Shown piece after piece: positions 1 to 11,289 of a stretch of DNA of 36,516 bases. Within the stretch, counting starts at the first letter, position 1. Each line of letters begins with the position of its first letter. The stretch comes from Paraglomus brasilianum. Its lineage: Eukaryota. The translations under genes were made by a program, and so were the position numbers. Under the pieces are notes generated by a model that saw only the letters and a program-made list of their open reading frames with translations, made no database searches and had not been told where the DNA came from. The stretch is from positions 1 to 36,516 of the forward strand of contig CAJVPI010000291.1 in assembly GCA_910592345.1 (NCBI GenBank). The letters are read 5' to 3'.

Positions 1-86
1 TGAATAGGAGGTGCCACGCTCCGTCGAGACTAGTTAAATCCCAAGTGTCGATTACTTTCTGCTCTCCCGCAGTAGTCGGCACGACA
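1..86. mobile_element. Probable terminus of an LTR inserted into a Tc1-like transposase relic
   Basis: The minus-strand transposase similarity stops abruptly at about 87. The adjacent GC-richer sequence ends ...CGGCACGACA (TGTCGTG on minus), a TG...CA-type LTR terminus. The other end is outside the window. Confidence 0.4.
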
Positions 87-568
87 GAACCTTAGTGCAT
101 ATTTTCGTATTGTCTGTAGAGAAATAGAATCAAATGCTGATGGAAGAGTTTTCTTTAAACCGTTCCAAGTGTGATCGCAATGTTGTTGTGTATATCGTTT
201 AGTAGCACCCCAATAAAATTTAACTCAGGATGGAATTTGGAATAGAAGATAACTTTGTGGCCCATGCTCTCAATACCTCTTGGAGTAGCGGTTTGTTAGC
301 TTTGAAATCTTTTTGCGCTGTAAGAATATAACGCGCACAACAATCATCATTCGTTACAATCGTTTTTTCACACCACAGAATAGTCTAATATATTATCATC
401 TTCAATCGCATTGTCTGTAAAATAACAATTATCATTAATAAAAACATTGTCGGTTATTATTATGGCATTATACAGGGAATCTGGTTTTTGCAAGCTCACA
501 CAGTGTTGAGTGCGTTTTGTGGGTCTACCCATTATTAAAGAGCGAAATTTTTTCGTTTTAGAGATCAT
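87..568 (-). pseudogene. Internally deleted, frameshifted Tc1/IS630-like DDE transposase relic
   Basis: Minus strand reads DDCCARYILTAQKDFKANKPLLQEV / IESMGHKVIFYSKFHPELNFI / WGATKRYTQQHCDHTWNGLKKTLPSAFDSISLQTIRKYA across two frameshifts. This matches the GH..IFYPKFHCELN.IE..WG..K C-terminal motif of fungal Tc1/IS630 transposases. An N-terminal fragment (MGRPTKRTQH) is joined almost directly to it. Confidence 0.8.
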
Positions 569-871
569 ATTTATCCAAAGTTCATGTGATACAAATTTCC
601 ATTTTTGTTAAGGCTTAAGAAATTAAGATAAATTTTACCAGAAAAGGCGGTTTCAAATTTCTGCTCACTATATAAATTAACTAAACTTTGAACAGTTATA
701 TCTCAAACCATGTAGCATTTGTCAATTTTCTAAACATAATTTGTTAACATTTATCAAGAAGAACAAAATGGCGTTCTTAAATTTTAAATTATTAATACAG
801 TAACGCTTGTATTATTGTTTGAAATGCATCGATTTTTGTTTGATGCGTACTTGTGTCCCCCACCATACTAC

Positions 872-1495
872 ATAGGCACTCCTGTGTCCGACTTAACGAG
901 ATATCCGACTTTATCATAATAATAAATAATAAACGTACTTTTTATTTGCATATTATGAGTTAATACAAACTGTTTTAAAATGTAAATATAATAGATAATA
1001 AAAAGTTCTAAGGTAGGCTGTTTTAGAGAAGCGATTCGCTTTCTTTGAATTTGACACTGAAGGTCTTTTATTTCCGAGATTACCGATGCATTTGTTTTTT
1101 CTACGTTCATAATTGCAGTTTGGTTGTAAATTGGAATGCGTTTTTGAGCAATTGACTATGTCAACCTTTTTATTGTCTTTCTGAACGATTAAGACAATTG
1201 TATCAATGTATTACAAATGATATATTACGATAAATGATGACATAAGATAATAAAATATTGTTTAGATGCTAAATAATGACGCAATTATTTTGTTACGTTA
1301 CTAAAATAGTAAAGATCAACCGTAAAAATCACGTAGTCCGACTTATTGAGAGTCCGAGTTACGACTTATCGCGATTTTATATGTGTCGTCCAACTTATCG
1401 AAAATTTTTAACTATTCAAAAAAGGGGTCGAAAATTTTTGTCCGAGTTAAGCCAAATCCGACTTATCGAGCGTTCGACTTATCGAGCTTGCCTAT
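872..1495 (-). mobile_element. Non-autonomous pogo/Tigger-like element with a transposase C-terminal remnant
   Basis: Terminal ATAGGCA (872) and TGCCTAT (1495). Multiple (C)CGACTTATCGA-type subterminal repeats at 887-911 and 1337-1486. Internal minus fragment ..IKDLQCQIQRKRIASLKQPTLELF resembles the KQxxLxxFF tail of pogo transposases. Confidence 0.6.
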
Positions 1496-1601
1496 TACTA
1501 TGTGTAATTAAAATTACTAATTTACGCGATTTTGTCTCTAAAAATGCTAATACTTTATACAATACCTGTCTATTTGCATATTGTATATTTGCATAATCTG
1601 T

Positions 1602-1858
1602 TCATTTGCATAAGTGGTCTTGGCCCCATGTTGGGGGACTTACGGCTATAGGATAAAAAGAAAGATCAACAAGAATGTCTTTATTTTCTTGTTTCATAGA
1701 CTCTGAATAGATTTTGTCCATTGCTTTCTTTACACTAGTCAACTTTTCAACTTCATCAGAACAGTCTCTAGGTTGTTGCGACAAATATTTGTAGGGCTTC
1801 TAACCCTTCTTTATACAGAGATAACAGGCAACCTGTTCATTATCTTCTAGCATAACGT
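1602..1858 (-). pseudogene. Orphan, disrupted coding exon of unknown family
   Basis: Acceptor-like tatag at about 1859, followed by protein-like reading (VMLEDNEQVACY / YKEGLEALQIF / RDCSDEVEKLTSVKKAMDKIYSES) with frameshifts or a stop. Confidence 0.3.
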
Positions 1859-2757
1859 CTATATAAAATTATATCACATGTTAAGTATATGATAATGTGA
1901 ATACGCATCTTCTCTATTTGCGTAAAAATCCAATAGATGCGACTGTATTCACTTTTATATTACTTTTAACTAACAATAAAAGATTCCTAATTTCGGAATT
2001 AGAGACTTGCCATACAGTTATTCGCGAGCTAATAGACTATTCCCTTCCTGTGGAAGCCCATAGCGTGGGGGTGCAAATAATTGATATAGGGATTGGTGAT
2101 TTCCAACTACTCCCTAAATGCACACCTCGGGACTGAGAGTGCATTTAGAGAACAATGCAAGTTGGTGCACTTACGGAGTGGTAACACACGTTTTACGTTA
2201 CGTGTACTATAATTCGCCGCACGTCCTTAATACATTCTTGCTTACGGGCGGGGGGGGCGTAGCCACTCCTCCCCCCGCCCGCAGAAACTCCATATAAAGT
2301 TATGAAGGACCGGTCGTCGGTCGTTTTTGTCGCGTTTTTTGTACCGTTTTTTCTTCCTTTACCTTCCTTTTTAGAGTAATTGACATTGCATTAATCTTCC
2401 TTTCTCTAACATACAGTATCTCTCTAGAATATTGGTAAACTACATTTACTTTATAGTAATGCTTATGTTTTGTCTGATGTTTGTGTTGAATTGAAATATG
2501 ACCTAGTCACCGCTTGCTTGAAACCAAATGGTACAAAATAACCTTCCAATGGTCTTTTATTGATTTAACTTTCGGCAACAGTATGACATACTGACCGATT
2601 TTTATCTAACTTTACGCTTACCTGATGTATGACAATACAATGTCTGCTTGCTAAATTTATACTTAAGATCACGTGCGTGCATTTAAAGAGTTAAATTCTC
2701 ATATAGGCAAAAGTTTCGTTTTTGATATATCAGGAGTTCCGTTTTTGATAGATCGGC

Positions 2758-3621
2758 AAGTACCCCCCAAATTTAGGTTCCGTTTTTGATATATCCGCAG
2801 TTTTTATTATTGCCCGAGGTTTATCCGTTGCGTTATTATTAGCTAATTATGACTATATTCAAATCGATCCATGATGTCAGACATTGACCATAGCTCATTT
2901 ATGATATTATTTCTTTCCCAAGTATAATGAATACCATTCGGCTGCTCGGCCGAAAGGAATCGAAACAGTACTGTCATTGTCGTAAATAATTTGATTTTCA
3001 TAAGACATTTTAACAAGAGAAGCGATGAAGTAAAGTCAAAATTTAGTCTTCAGAGGAAAGACGCGTACGAAAACTATTACTATGTTGTATTATACTAGGA
3101 AACGGGAACCGTTGTGAGTCCGGAGAGCGAAAAATTCACATGATTTACAAGTAACTAATCAGGAACTTTTTCCGATGGACGTGATCATAACGTCATCATC
3201 ATCAATCACAATTATTGGTCGAAATCACGTGCCGGACAGAGAAATTCATGTGATTTGAAATTTTTTCATAGTGCGTAGACAGTAATAGTCCTTCGCTTTG
3301 CTCCGGACAATAATCACTAATTCGTGATACGAGACACGATAAAATCAAATTCTACGAAATTTTTACCATCTTGTATAATGTCAAAATAATATTGTACGAA
3401 ATTAAACAAATTAGGCAAAAGATATTTTATTCGAAACTTAAAAAATACCGGGTATCAGTGAAAACGTGACTTTACTGCGGATATATCGAAAACGGAACCA
3501 GGATCTAAAGCGGAGTAGAATGCGACCTGATTCTTGCAATTATATTGGTCAAATTTGTATATCAACCAATGAAATTGTAAAAAAAAACTACTCCGCTTAG
3601 CCTACCTAATTTGGTGTACTT
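2758..3621. mobile_element. Non-coding TIR element (large MITE-like)
   Basis: 26-bp inverted repeat with 1 mismatch (2776-2801 vs 3474-3499), extending to AAGTAC..CCAAAT..TAGG at 2758-2775 vs 3604-3621. Two further copies of the GTTCCGTTTTTGATA motif at 2712-2752. Confidence 0.7.
3500..3603. mobile_element. 104-bp fold-back MITE with 3-bp target duplication (ACC)
   Basis: AGG..CTAA(A)GCGGAGTAG / CTACTCCGCTTAGCCT termini and an internal inverted repeat (TTGCAATTATATTGGT / ACCAATGAAATTGTAA). ACC at 3497-3499 and 3604-3606. Removing it restores the host TIR. Confidence 0.75.
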
Positions 3622-3726
3622 ATCAAAATTTGCAAGATCACGGGTAACGCAAAATACTGGCTTATAAACCCAGACATGAATCAAATCATCAAATCATATT
3701 TGTATCCTATTGATAGCCCGAAAAAA

Positions 3727-4973
3727 ATGGTCAGACTTGAACCACTCAACGCTTTGGCGAAGGTATTTTCATCAGGGCAGATTCATTTACCACGCAAGCC
3801 GATAAGTGAGACCAGGTGAGCACGCATCACACTAGTTTGTTTGTTTTTTTTTTGTTTTTTTGAGATACGTCTCGTATTGACTTGTATGGATTGTAGTCTT
3901 CCTTATCCGCTTGCCTCAGACGTATCCGTGCAAGATTTCAACTCTTTCATCGAAAGCAAAGACAGGATTGGATACAAGATTGAGTATAAAAACGGCACTG
4001 TATACATAGTTGATATGCCCACAGCTGAACATGAGAGAGTTGTTTGTGTGTTGAACCGGTGCTTCGAGGTTCCAAACGGTGGCGCTCACAATTTGAATTC
4101 TCCACTACAACTTTTTGGACAGTCATGTAAGGGAATTCCTTCCAGTTTACTTGATCTTTGGCTTATTGATTTCATATCATATCCTTCCCACACAGTACAC
4201 GAATCGCCAAGTCGAGATGGATCCCGTATAATGCCAGATCTCGCTGTCCTACCACATCATCGTTTTGTTCCACCACCACCAATCCCACATCCTGGTCCCC
4301 CTCCGAGTGATACGAGGGTACTTTGAATTTGTCATATTAATATCTATTGTTCGTGGTTGATATAGGACTTTTCCTGATATAATATGGTTTATGTAGGGAA
4401 ACCCTTATTCGAGGATAATGGTTGAAGTAGCCGTGAGCCAAACCTCCTCCTCCTTAAAAGACAAGTGCAGGAAATGGAAGCGAGAGCCGTATGTACGAGC
4501 CATACTCGGCATCAAGCTTTACGAAATAAAGGATACACGCAATGCACAAGGATACAGAGATCGGGCCATGAAGGTATATCTTGCTATCTCATTATTATAT
4601 AATTTTTTATATTAATAGTTTTTCAATATTAGGCTATTCTTTGGCGACAAGGGGTGCGAAGGCAAACGGTAAGGTTTACTTGTCTAGAAAGAGAAATTTA
4701 TACTTCCTGTCATGTTCAAAATTTTTTATATGGCAGTGGAAATTTGGGACCATCAACAAAGACGGATCTCCTACTGGCGTTAATGGTTGTAATGCCCTAA
4801 ACGACCCGGACTATATAATCAACATCCCCGTTAGCGACGTGTTTTACGATCCGCCGGTTCCTGCCATTGGATATGTTCCATTAGCACCACCGCCTGCTGC
4901 ATTGATGGCTACTAATATTACCATCGACTTATATGATGTTCAGCAAGTAGTTTTATTTGCCCAGCCAAATTGA
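3727..4973 (+). CDS. Uma2/DUF820-like PD-(D/E)XK restriction-endonuclease-fold protein (Crinkler-type), 6 exons
   Basis: Exons 3727-3815, 3897-4126, 4196-4317, 4397-4573, 4633-4668 and 4737-4973 splice in frame via GT-AG introns. Motifs: EYKNGTVYIVDMPTAEHE, IMPDLAV, RIMVEVAVSQ, VRAILGIKL. The N-terminus LEPLNALAKVF..QIHL resembles the end of a Crinkler header. Confidence 0.8.
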
Positions 4974-4981
4974 AAAACATC

Positions 4982-7230
4982 AACTTCACGAACCTGTTGC
5001 TCAAATGTTAGGGATGTCTGAATTTTTCGTTTTACGGGCTTTTTATTTTCCGTTTTTGATTTAGTAATATGGACATTCATCTGGTCAACTTCAGATGAAG
5101 AATCAGAGCTTGAAGAGCCGGAACTGCTATCAGACGAATTAGTGGAGATTTTGAATCTATGGTAGCATGGTTGATCTTTTAGCTTTCTTGTTTCTTACTC
5201 TTTCTGGTTTTTTTTTATCTCTGGGGCATTTGCAGGAATCGTGACCAGTTCTATGACAATTTGAGCATCTATGTTTCGATGATTTATTAACCGCATGGAT
5301 TCCTGCCTGAATTCCTTGCGATATTGCTTTATTTATCGATAACTTACTCATGCGGTTGGAAGCTCCTCATCAGAATCTTGTTCAGCATTTTTTGAATCAC
5401 TTTCTGTATTTTTCTTTGAAAAATATTTTCTAATACGCCTTTAGAAATAAAATCTGTGATGTTCTGAAGAAATGATGTATCTTTGGCTGTGGCATTAAGA
5501 CGTTCTAATGTTCCATACCCTGTTAACCATTCTTGATCATTGAGACGGAGTCTTGGATCTGAATATAGTTTTCCTGATTTCATCTGACTGGGACGTGGTA
5601 ACTCTCTACCTTGTGTCTGTGCACAGTGCCTGAAATGGGTAGCTTTCAGTGGATTTTATCATGGATTTTAAACTTCGCTTTTAGTCATACCTGTGTTACT
5701 TGTTTTATAAGAGCCGTTTATGTCAACTCTTGATTGTAATTGACAGGGTGGGACTCAGGATTATATTCACCTAACATTAATTTTGCCTTCCGTCTTTCAA
5801 ACTCTTCCAATTTGCGTATTAAAGGAGAAATTGGATTTTCGAGACCAATACGAGTTACTTCTAATTTATTATCATGCGAGATTCCCTTAAAGAATTGTTG
5901 TCTAACTAACTCCTCCTGATTCGCTTCTGCTAATACGGGATAAGCTTGTTTAATCAATCTTTTTAATTTCGAATAAAAACGATTTAATGGATCGTTACCT
6001 TGGGACAAAGAATGAAATATTAATTGTGACTTTTCTGCAGTAATAGTAGGGTACTCGCGTCGAAAATAATCAATTGGCCATAGTAATACTCTGAGCTACA
6101 ACATTTCCGTTATTCCCGCATTAGGGGGATTGGGAGCTAAGTCGGTTGGTTGTCCACCGATGTTATCCAATCTTCATCCCATACTGAATGAGGCGGAACT
6201 AATGGCCGCGCAGGTAGATTGCTATCAGCTGGTGTGGTCTCCGAGCACTACGGCAACATTGATGGCGCGTATTTAATTATTAGTCAATGCGTTAATAGCG
6301 TGAAGATTTGCTACGCCAATACGTACGTAATGTTTTGTAATTCCCAATTTTTATTTTTAATCCTGCTTTCATACCAATCTTTCGAATCGCCTTCAAGATA
6401 ATTTTCAAAAATTCCATGAATTTTTATTCGCATATTATGTCCAGCACCTGGGTTATAATTAGCACATTCACACCATCGGCGAAAATCTCTAATAAAATCT
6501 TCTGGATCTGTTAATTTGGTAGTTCTTATCCTGCCATGTTCCGGTTATTATTGTTGATATTATTCTGTATATGTACAGTAAATCCAAAATTCTTTGATTT
6601 AAAAATTAATTCGGTCTTCCAATTCTAAATTAGCAATTTCGTTCTAAACTTCCACTTGATCTCGGTCTATTTTTCCATTTCGTATATTTCCCATACAAAA
6701 TAGCACGTGGTTGGGCTTTATTTTTGTACCTATTGCAAAGAATTTTGAGAGCGAAAATTTCTGATAGTAATCGGGATTTATTTTTCTCATAATAAACTCG
6801 CCAGAACGTGCGCACTAATTTTCACCTTATGACTTTTCTCCACATCCAATATATATGTATCATCGATAGCGATTCGAGCGTTTTCTCTTTCTGTCGTTAA
6901 CTCAACTTGAGATTGATTGTAATATTGGATTAATTCATCCAACGCATATTCGACTGAATTTCTATGTATTTTATTTCTAATTGATTGGCAGATAAGAGTC
7001 AAACGTTTTGGGGTTTGGAGTAAGATTAGCAATTTCTATTTGATTGGGCAATATTTTTCTGAGAAAAGATAATTCACGAATTCTTGTCTTAAGTCTGGTA
7101 ATTTTTTCCTCGTATACAACTATTTGATTATTTTTGGCATCAATAATTTCATTGAGAGCAATCTCAATTGTTTTCGTAAATTCGATATCTGATTTTTTAA
7201 ACCATCGATTTCATTCTCTTGAGAAGCGAA
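4982..7230 (-). mobile_element. Decayed retrotransposon (Ty3/gypsy- or DIRS-type) gag region
   Basis: Intronless, frameshifted minus-strand fragments: coiled-coil ORF (6630-7200), DPEDFIRDFRRWCE..LEGDSKDWYE, QGNDPLNRFYSKLKRL..QQFFKGI (gag capsid-like) and a CX2CX4HX4C zinc knuckle CSNCHRTGHDSCKC (about 5228-5270). No pol is visible. Confidence 0.75.
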
Positions 7231-7349
7231 GCTTCGAGGCTCTGCCTCTCAATGATTGTAGTATTCTGGCGAATTGACCCCCTTCACATTTTTCTACCTT
7301 TTACGAAATTTTCTCTCATTCGTGCGACTTATGTCAACCTCGTGACCCG

Positions 7350-7643
7350 CAATTCCTAACATATTGAGATAAGTTTTTCCGGCAAAGAGATGTATGACGA
7401 TCTCAGTAGTAAAACGTCCGCTTATTAGAGCGCGTTTTCTTTTTAAGACGTCGGCTGGCAGTTATTTCTCCCCCATTCATTGCTTTCAGTTGGGCCATTA
7501 AAAATATATCTTGTTCGGATTTAGAGAAAATTTGAAACGCTTCACATAATTTAGCAACTTCTCTCTCGGAATCATTTTCGAGCAACCACAATTGCAACCT
7601 TATCTTCAAGAAACGCATTGCTTTTCATACTCAGTAGAGCCAT
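7350..7643 (-). pseudogene. N-terminal fragment of a probable Sola-like DNA transposase
   Basis: Reads CNCGCSKMIP / VAKLCEAFQIFSKSEQDIFLMAQL..RTFYY*DRHTSLCRK / TYLNMLGI with frameshifts and a stop. The CxC..C, EQDxxL and CxxxYLxxLGI pattern recalls Sola-type transposase N-termini. Confidence 0.45.
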
Positions 7644-8692
7644 TATCTTATCATATACGATTAGTTTTATCGTGTTAATAGTGCATTAATTTGGATAATT
7701 GCGTTGATTGAAATTTTAAATTGATTGACCATGGTTTCTATTGCCAATATCCACAACTAATATTAAACATTGAAACACCATTATCAATACAACTCAAATG
7801 CGTATTGCAATGATAATGTTATAAATCATTCTACTCACCTATCAACATTAACATACTCAACTGAACAAAGTCTGAAAGAAGTTAGATTATAGCTAAAACA
7901 TGTGCTAAACAATTTTTATTTATATGTATTTCGACTAATACATGAAATTATTAGATAAACTTGATTTATCTGAATCAAGTACATTATTCATACCAGCACT
8001 ATTTTTCAAATCGTCTAAGAATTTCTAGAATATTAAGATTCCTAAGCATCTTTCCAAACTGATACAAATCCGTATACTCATTATTACTCTTGGGTATTGC
8101 ACCCTCAAACGTTTAGATACTTCTAATCCATCTGTACTGCATACCATGCTCAATTTCTGGAATCATAACTTTATTGAAGTTTCGGGTTGCCCGTCACGAA
8201 AAATAAATTTTTTTTTCGATCATGATATCAACATAGAAAAAATGTACGCGGAGTATGCGCGCTCTTGCTTTCCTTTTTCCTTCGGCCTCACAGTCAATGT
8301 TTTGAGGGATTTAATATATGAATCTATTTCTTTCTGAACGATTGCTCTTTACTTTACTATAAGAAATCGATGATGGACCACTCGGAAGGTGTTCGATTAA
8401 AAAATTCGTGTACGTACAGTACATTTGGGAGATATAGAAAAGAGACGTCTACTTTATTTTTTCTGACTCCCTATTCTTGAATATTCTCTTCCATGATATG
8501 TTTTAAAAGCCTGGCATTCTTAGATATTTGTTACTTTACTTCCGATCGCATGTTTAGTATATATTTACTATTTATTTAAAATGCGTAAATAAAGAAAATT
8601 TTCGGCGACGGCCCCATCGTTAAAAAAATAAATTGTATATCACAAGAGCAATCGAATATTAATACTATTAAATGAATTAAGTATAAATTGGA

Positions 8693-11165
8693 TTAAGAAA
8701 TTTTATTAACTGGTACCTTTATTGGCGTGTGAAAGGATGGTCGCATCATCTTATTGCGTATGGGTGTGGCGGGTATAGTAGATGTAATACTTGGATCTTT
8801 GCCGTATCGAGATAAACTTTGAAAGCAAAGCTCAACGGAACGGGAAACAATGTTCTTTATAAATATGGGAAAAATTAGTATATGATATACAATCTGGTAA
8901 ATAAATATTCTATACTGACCTTTATCTGCATTAGTTCTTCTATTGCTATAGAAAGTACATTAAGGTTATGAATATTTTGTGGAAGGAAAAACTTTCCCAT
9001 GAATATCATTCGGTATATTGCGTCAAACTTCAGGTCCATCACAAACACACTGCACTGAAAACCTGATTATAAAAGAAAAGGTAAATAAGGATATACATAT
9101 TAAAGATCACCAATACATATTTACCTTCGACAAGAATGCTACAAATAGCCAAATCTTCGGTTTTCACACCATCTTCAATGCACTTATCAAGCATATCCTT
9201 CATTTCATTTCCAATTTTTACTAAATCACAATCCACAAAATTGATTTTCTTTGAAGAAATATATCTGGCGGATTTTATTTCGGAGACCAATAAATAGTAT
9301 CTGCTGCCTTTAATTTGTGTATAAACAGAGAAGTCTGCTTTTCTTCCCTGGAGAATAGGATCGAATTTACGTTTTCTGTGGGTTGATGGATCCAAAACAT
9401 CCGAGGACCTAAAAACAATTCATTTATATATCTAATTATTATTTGATGTGTATAAAAATCCATTATTTTATATACAGACCATTCACACGTTAGATCGCTA
9501 TTTACAAAAAAAGGTAAAATTATTGGTGCAAAGACTTCATGAACGAATGAATCTTCTCGCGCATCTGCTCTGTTTGTGTTACGTGGAAAATAATTGAAAC
9601 TACAAAATAAAACTATCTTAATTTGCAGTAATACAATATATTAATATTGGATTTCGTAAACTTACATCGATTCAAAAACTTCTAAAACTAAATCGTTATC
9701 ATTGTCTTCGGCTTCCTTCTGCCATTTCCTAAGTAATGACTTACAGCCTTGGAAGTTTTTATTTGCGATCTGTTTAAATTAATGTAAGTAAGTCGAAAAA
9801 AAACCTATTGAAATCACTCGCAAAATCTTGCCTTGGACATCTCATGACATCGTAGAATATCTTTATCTGATAAATGATATAGAGTATATTCGCTTCTGAT
9901 ATTTTCGAAGATCGCTTTCAGTGATGCGGTACCAATCATTTCCGAGATCCCAGTCGATAGATTCTCATCCAATAGAAATATATAATTAAGAGAACTAAAT
10001 AGTTATTACAAAGAAGCGTAAGTAAAATATTAAAGATATAAAACACTTACAGCATTTCAACAGCGTTTTCAATCTTTCTCTCCGATGCTTTTTTGACTGA
10101 CAGATTACGATATTCTAATAGTAAATTTGAAACATCAATTGTGCCGACAGTCCACTGTAAATATGCAACATTAGATATTAAATATTAAAGCTCAGGATTG
10201 AAATCAAGAGTTTAAACATTACCTTATTGTCATTTTCAATCAATGTAGACTCTTTTATGCCAGGTCCAACAAGCCATTCGTACTGGAACTCAATTTTTTC
10301 TTTTTGTTCAAGTTCAATATCAACATTGGATTCCTCTGATTCAGTACGGTAGGATGCATCAGATGCATTATTTTCACCCGACGTATTATCTTCAGCCAGT
10401 ACAAGAAATGGATTGTTTAAACTGTCTCCTTCTACTCCCGAGTGTTTACACTGAGTTTCTATATCATTAATTTCATTGATATCACTGTCATCGAATTTCA
10501 ATCGTTTTGGAACTAAAGGTTCATCGTTTTCATCCTCCTTTTCTTCTTCTTCAGTACTTTTCATGCAATGACTTCCTGAAGCAAAATTATCATGTTCCCC
10601 AATCTCGCCTTTTGTTGCACCAGCAACCTATGGTCAAACTATTTTGAGCCATGTTGTAACATCCAAAAGCGTACTCACAGAATAAACTTACTGTCTTCAT
10701 CGTTATGGCAAAGTCTTGTTGAATTTGCAAGTTCGCATCATGACTTATTCGACAGGCTAGAATCTAAAGCATAAATTTGAATATTAAATATAATAATAAA
10801 CATATAGTCTGAAACAAATGACAATTAGACATACCGCTTTCTTTTCCTTTAACCAAATTTCCCAGTCTCGTTGTATAATTTCTTCCTATTTAAGAGAATA
10901 CATTAAAAATATTTCATATTTAATGTCCAATTTATCAAATACATACGTCATTATCCAGGGCTCTCAGCTCATCAAGTTTTGAGCCTTTACTAATATTTAT
11001 AGCAATGGCAAGACTTTTTTTATACTTCTCAATTGCTCGTCCACGTTTAGTTGGATGAGTTAAGCGAAAAAAGGATATTGGAGTAGGTGCCGAAGAATTT
11101 AAGAAAAAGTCTATGTCACTATCTGATCGACTCCTGTTGGAGCGTTTTCTCTTTTCTTTTCTCAT
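8693..11165 (-). CDS. 608-aa protein with a C-terminal PD-(D/E)XK nuclease-like (Crinkler-associated REase) domain, 11 exons
   Basis: Exons 11165-10947, 10885-10835, 10763-10692, 10627-10223, 10154-10051, 9994-9832, 9769-9666, 9599-9480, 9408-9125, 9062-8920 and 8854-8693 sum to 1827 nt with no internal stop (one GC-AG intron). Motifs: REDSFVHE, GRKADFSV, LLVSEIKS, DLVKIGNEMKDMLD, SILVEG, MDLKFDAIYRM. Confidence 0.8.
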
Positions 11166-11186
11166 TATTGCTTGGAAGGAAAAAAA

Positions 11187-11236
11187 ATAAGAGAGAAATG
11201 TGAGGTTTCATTGGTCACATAAGAGAGAAATGTGAG
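11187..11236. repeat. 18-bp perfect direct repeat ATAAGAGAGAAATGTGAG
   Basis: Copies at 11187-11204 and 11219-11236. Confidence 0.9.
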
Positions 11237-11289
11237 CATTGTTCCAAAACAAAGGCATCAAAACGGTTACTAAAAGGGGCAGATCTCTA

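Noticed and set aside
2665..3642. AAGATCACG direct repeat as a 9-bp TSD
   Set aside because: It is not adjacent to the TIR ends, and ATCACG-type motifs are common in this window.
7960..8560. Possible decayed coding relic on the minus strand
   Set aside because: Fragments (ERAYSAYIFSML, IFRDGQPE) are too broken to assign to a family.
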